From contig QZKS01000093.1 of the NCBI GenBank assembly GCA_003599865.1, positions 3,484 through 67,483 of the forward strand: a stretch of DNA of 64,000 nt, read 5' to 3'. The first letter of the stretch is position 1. The number at the start of each line of letters is the position of its first letter. This DNA comes from Desulfobacteraceae bacterium (GTDB lineage Bacteria > Desulfobacterota > Desulfobacteria > Desulfobacterales > SURF-7). The position numbers and the translations under genes are program-made. The notes under the pieces were generated by a model that was not told the origin of the DNA, made no database searches, and saw only the letters and a list, made by a program, of their open reading frames with translations. Of this stretch, positions 61,548-64,000 are shown one piece after another.

Positions 61548-62474
61548 TTACTTTTCTTCAGATGAAAGAGATATGCCGGAGATAAAATCCGGCCGTGCAT
61601 AGGCCGGTTCCGGATAACCGTAGAATCCTTCACCGCTCTTCAATCCCAGCTTTCCTTCATCGACATATTTTCTTACAAAGGCAGCATTGGTGATGGCTTT
61701 TTCGTAATTCAGCTGTCTTGCCCAGTAGTCGGTCACTTTCCAGACCGTATCCAGCCCGATGCTGTCCATGATGCCAAAGGGGCCGATGAGCGTATGCATG
61801 ATCCCCATCCAGGAACGGTCAATTTCCTCTATCGGGGCGATGCCATGGGATGCCATACTGAGGGCGGAATCCATGAGCGCCATCAGCATATTGTTGAACA
61901 CATATCCGTTGTTTTCCCGCTTCAGGACAATCGGGATCTGTCCAATGGCACGGGCAAAGGCTGTGACCAGACGGGTAACCTCGGGTGACGTATCCGCATG
62001 CGGCATGACATCAACAATATTGGTGATGGAGATATCATGAAAATGGAGTGCGCAAAGCCGGTCCGGTCTTCCGGATTTCTTTGCAAACATGGACGGCAGC
62101 AATGAGGACGTATTGGTCGTAAAGATCGTCTCTTCCTTGCATCGTTTATGGAATTCATGAAAAATGCCGCCTTTGATTTCCGGATCTTCCGGAACGGACT
62201 CGCTGATCAGATCAACCCCTTCCGCAGCCTTGTCCAGGTTGTCCGTCATGGTGATTCTGCGGAGGGCCGGTTCCTTTTTCTCCGGTGGAAACTGGTTTGC
62301 CAGTACCCATTTGCCGGCTCTTTTTTGAATTCTGGAATAAGCATTGTCCAGAATATCCTGTTTCAGGTCATAGATCACGACCTCATAGCCGTGAAACGCG
62401 CAAAGCAGTCCGATCTGCTGACCCATTGTTCCCGCCCCGAGGATCAGGACCCTTCGTATGTCTTTTAAATCCAT
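61548..62474 (-). CDS. hbd: 3-hydroxyacyl-CoA (3-hydroxybutyryl-CoA) dehydrogenase
   Basis: ORF 61548..62666. I moved the start to ATG 62474 (AAAGGAGAAG upstream). The Rossmann motif is VLILGAGTMGQQIGLLCA. Also present are NTSSL, HF and the C-terminal helical domain GFVFNN-like NGYVFNNM. Confidence 0.85.
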   Translation of the reverse strand: MDLKDIRRVLILGAGTMGQQIGLLCAFHGYEVVIYDLKQDILDNAYSRIQKRAGKWVLANQFPPEKKEPALRRITMTDNLDKAAEGVDLISESVPEDPEIKGGIFHEFHKRCKEETIFTTNTSSLLPSMFAKKSGRPDRLCALHFHDISITNIVDVMPHADTSPEVTRLVTAFARAIGQIPIVLKRENNGYVFNNMLMALMDSALSMASHGIAPIEEIDRSWMGIMHTLIGPFGIMDSIGLDTVWKVTDYWARQLNYEKAITNAAFVRKYVDEGKLGLKSGEGFYGYPEPAYARPDFISGISLSSEEK

Positions 62475-62867
62475 TTCTTCTCCTTTTTGTAAATTGGCAA
62501 TCTGTTTCAAAAACCTTGAGGATATTATCGTGGAGAAGGGGGCGTTGTCAAGAAAAATAGAGCGAGCGTTCGTTTTATATAATGAGCGGCAGCACCTTGA
62601 TCGGAATAAATATGCCGATCGGCTTATCCCGAATTCCGAAAGAGATTTTTGCCATTCTGATTTCAAGAAATAAATGAACGTCAGGGTCCGATATCCCGAT
62701 AATGGAAAAACAATGCATTGAATGTTTGCTCATTTTGTTTATTGGGAATTATGACGGGATGATTCATTAAATTTTGAATGGCTATTTTTGAAATCGGCAT
62801 AATAATAGAAGGGTTGCGTCTTTCATTGGGAAAAAAAACTTGACTTGGATCCCCGGGTTCTGCTAAA

Positions 62868-62885
62868 TGAATGAGTATTCATTCA
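62868..62885. promoter_or_regulatory. 18-bp palindromic operator TGAATGA-GTAT-TCATTCA upstream of, or overlapping, the TetR-family gene start
   Basis: It has perfect 7-bp inverted arms. It lies 20 to 25 bp downstream of a TTGACT -35-like hexamer (62840..62845). It resembles the fatty-acid TetR (FadR/YsiA-type) box as I recall it. Confidence 0.45.
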
Positions 62886-62902
62886 AAAAAAGGGTCGGCA
62901 AT

Positions 62903-63523
62903 ATGTTTTTGGAACCAAACGGAAAGGAAAAGACAGACAAGTACCACAAGATACTGGATGCTGCGATCAAGGTGTTTGCAGAACAGGGTTTTTTCCGTTC
63001 CACCATTTCACAGATTGCCAAAGAGGCCGGTGTCGCCGATGGTACGATTTATCTCTACTTTAAGAATAAAGACGATATCTTACTTCAGTTTTACAGCGAT
63101 AAAACCAGAAAAATTTTTAATAAATTCAGGGAAGCTGTCGATAAATCCGAAAATTCCGGAGAAAAGTTTCGAAATCTGATCCGGTGTCATTTGCGGGAAT
63201 TTCAGAGAGATCGGAATATGGCGGTTGTTTATATGGCGGAAGCCCGCAAGGGACAGCAATTGGATTCCATGCTGGATGAATTGACAAAGATGTATCTGGA
63301 TGTTGTGGGCGAAGTGGTTGAGCAAGGACAGGCCGAAGGAAGATTCCGGAAAGATTTATATCTCAGTCTGGTAAAGCGTTATATCCTGGGTGGAGTTGAG
63401 GCTGTCATCAGTACCTGGGTTTATGCAGGGGGCAAATATGATCTGGAATCCATGGCAGATCCTTTGGTAGATCTTTTTTTACGGGGTATCGGCAGCAATG
63501 GTGTCGCCGCCGGCGAAACATGA
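62903..63523 (+). CDS. TetR/AcrR-family transcriptional regulator (FadR-like fatty-acid degradation repressor)
   Basis: I moved the start to ATG 62903. The HTH is ILDAAIKVFAEQGFFRSTISQIAKEAGVADGTIYLYFKNKDDIL. It sits between hbd (divergent) and an acyl-CoA dehydrogenase. Confidence 0.8.
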   Translation: MFLEPNGKEKTDKYHKILDAAIKVFAEQGFFRSTISQIAKEAGVADGTIYLYFKNKDDILLQFYSDKTRKIFNKFREAVDKSENSGEKFRNLIRCHLREFQRDRNMAVVYMAEARKGQQLDSMLDELTKMYLDVVGEVVEQGQAEGRFRKDLYLSLVKRYILGGVEAVISTWVYAGGKYDLESMADPLVDLFLRGIGSNGVAAGET

Positions 63524-63559
63524 AGCGGCCTTAAGATAAGGGACAAAGAGGAGGAGAAA

Positions 63560-64000
63560 ATGGCACAAGTTATAGCAGACAGAAGGGATGTGGACTTTGT
63601 TTTGCACGAACAGTTCAAGGTTAGTGAACTCAGCAAACATGAAAAATTTGCAGAATTCAACAAAAAGACGGTTGATTTGATTGTCGGCGAAGCGCGGAAT
63701 CTCGCTGTAAAAGAGATTCTGCCGACACAGAAAATCGGAGATCAAACCGGCGCCAGGTTCGAGAACGGGAAAGTCACCGTACCTGAGGAGTTTCATAAAG
63801 CATGGGAGCTGTTTAAAGAGGGTGAATGGCTGGCGATGCCGGAAGATCTGGAATATGGCGGACAGGGAATGCCGAGACTGCTGTCCATGGCGGCAAGCGA
63901 CTATCTGGTGGGAGCCAATTATGCTTTCATGATGTATCCGGGACTGACACATGGGGCTGGAAAACTTGTTGAAGAATTCGGAACGGAAGAACAGAAAAGG
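63560..64000 (+). CDS. Acyl-CoA dehydrogenase, N-terminal part. The 3' end is outside the window.
   Basis: Not in the track because it is open to the window edge. GAGGAGGAG lies upstream. My translation is MAQVIADRRDVDFVLHEQFKV...EWLAMPEDLEYGGQGMPRLLSMAASDYLVGANYAFMMYPGLTHGAGKLVEEFGTEEQK, which is typical of long-type ACADs. Confidence 0.8.
   Translation, partial: MAQVIADRRDVDFVLHEQFKVSELSKHEKFAEFNKKTVDLIVGEARNLAVKEILPTQKIGDQTGARFENGKVTVPEEFHKAWELFKEGEWLAMPEDLEYGGQGMPRLLSMAASDYLVGANYAFMMYPGLTHGAGKLVEEFGTEEQKR

Noticed and set aside
1-64000. A scan for CRISPR arrays, rRNA genes and tRNA genes
   Set aside because: I saw no regularly spaced direct repeats with unique spacers, no 16S, 23S or 5S signature blocks, and no T-arm consensus in any intergenic region. 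The only GGTTCGAAC-like string, at 21040, is inside recN.

Overview
The window is 64 kb of GC-rich chromosome. Gene content suggests a sulfate-reducing, Desulfobacterales-like deltaproteobacterium: a selenocysteine HdrA, an HdrL-like fusion, KorDABC, an AhbA/B-type siroheme decarboxylase and a UbiD/UbiX/UbiA menaquinone-type operon. This assignment is inference, not proof.

Gene order:
- Substrate-binding protein plus Cache-type MCP operon (1-2.3 kb), then a CsgG/LpoB-like lipoprotein and a Sel1-repeat protein.
- A compact six-gene lipid or aryl-polyene-like locus (4.3-12.7 kb): GT2, MIO ammonia-lyase, PlsC acyltransferase, KS, an MMPL exporter fused to a methyltransferase, and an LpxL-type acyltransferase.
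- An orphan antitoxin next to a decayed ParE/RelE toxin.
- Housekeeping genes: maeB, moaA, a PHP phosphoesterase, dodecin, a YchF-like protein, recN and mtnA.
- An AT-rich island of small genes, all on the + strand (about 23.8-30 kb). It carries one well-formed integron attC-like site, a second degenerate one, 71-bp direct repeats, a triple operator-like repeat, a small-protein plus nucleotidyltransferase-fold pair, and a 335-aa protein with a TIR-like N-terminal domain. No integrase is present. This is my best candidate for a novel (defence-type) cassette.
- A 10.5-kb redox supercluster: korDABC, an HdrL-like 1116-aa fusion, an MvhD-HdrC-HdrB fusion, and HdrA-MvhD. HdrA-MvhD is split in the ORF track by an in-frame TGA that I read as selenocysteine, followed by a SECIS-like hairpin.
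- A siroheme-decarboxylase-like gene and a B12-radical SAM gene; an odd toroid-protein, acetyltransferase and HNH operon; serC; hisD; a PilZ protein.
- A UbiD/UbiX/UbiA operon extended by an orphan AmmeMemoRadiSam-type radical SAM and a methyltransferase.
- RNase R/II, an Fe-S protein, a 7TMR-DISM hybrid histidine kinase, and a TetR(FadR-like), hbd and acyl-CoA dehydrogenase beta-oxidation module with a palindromic operator.

Three dispersed intergenic repeat families are present, one forming a roughly 295-bp MITE-like element. I found no rRNA, tRNA or CRISPR array. Many long antisense ORFs in the track are GC-driven artefacts.
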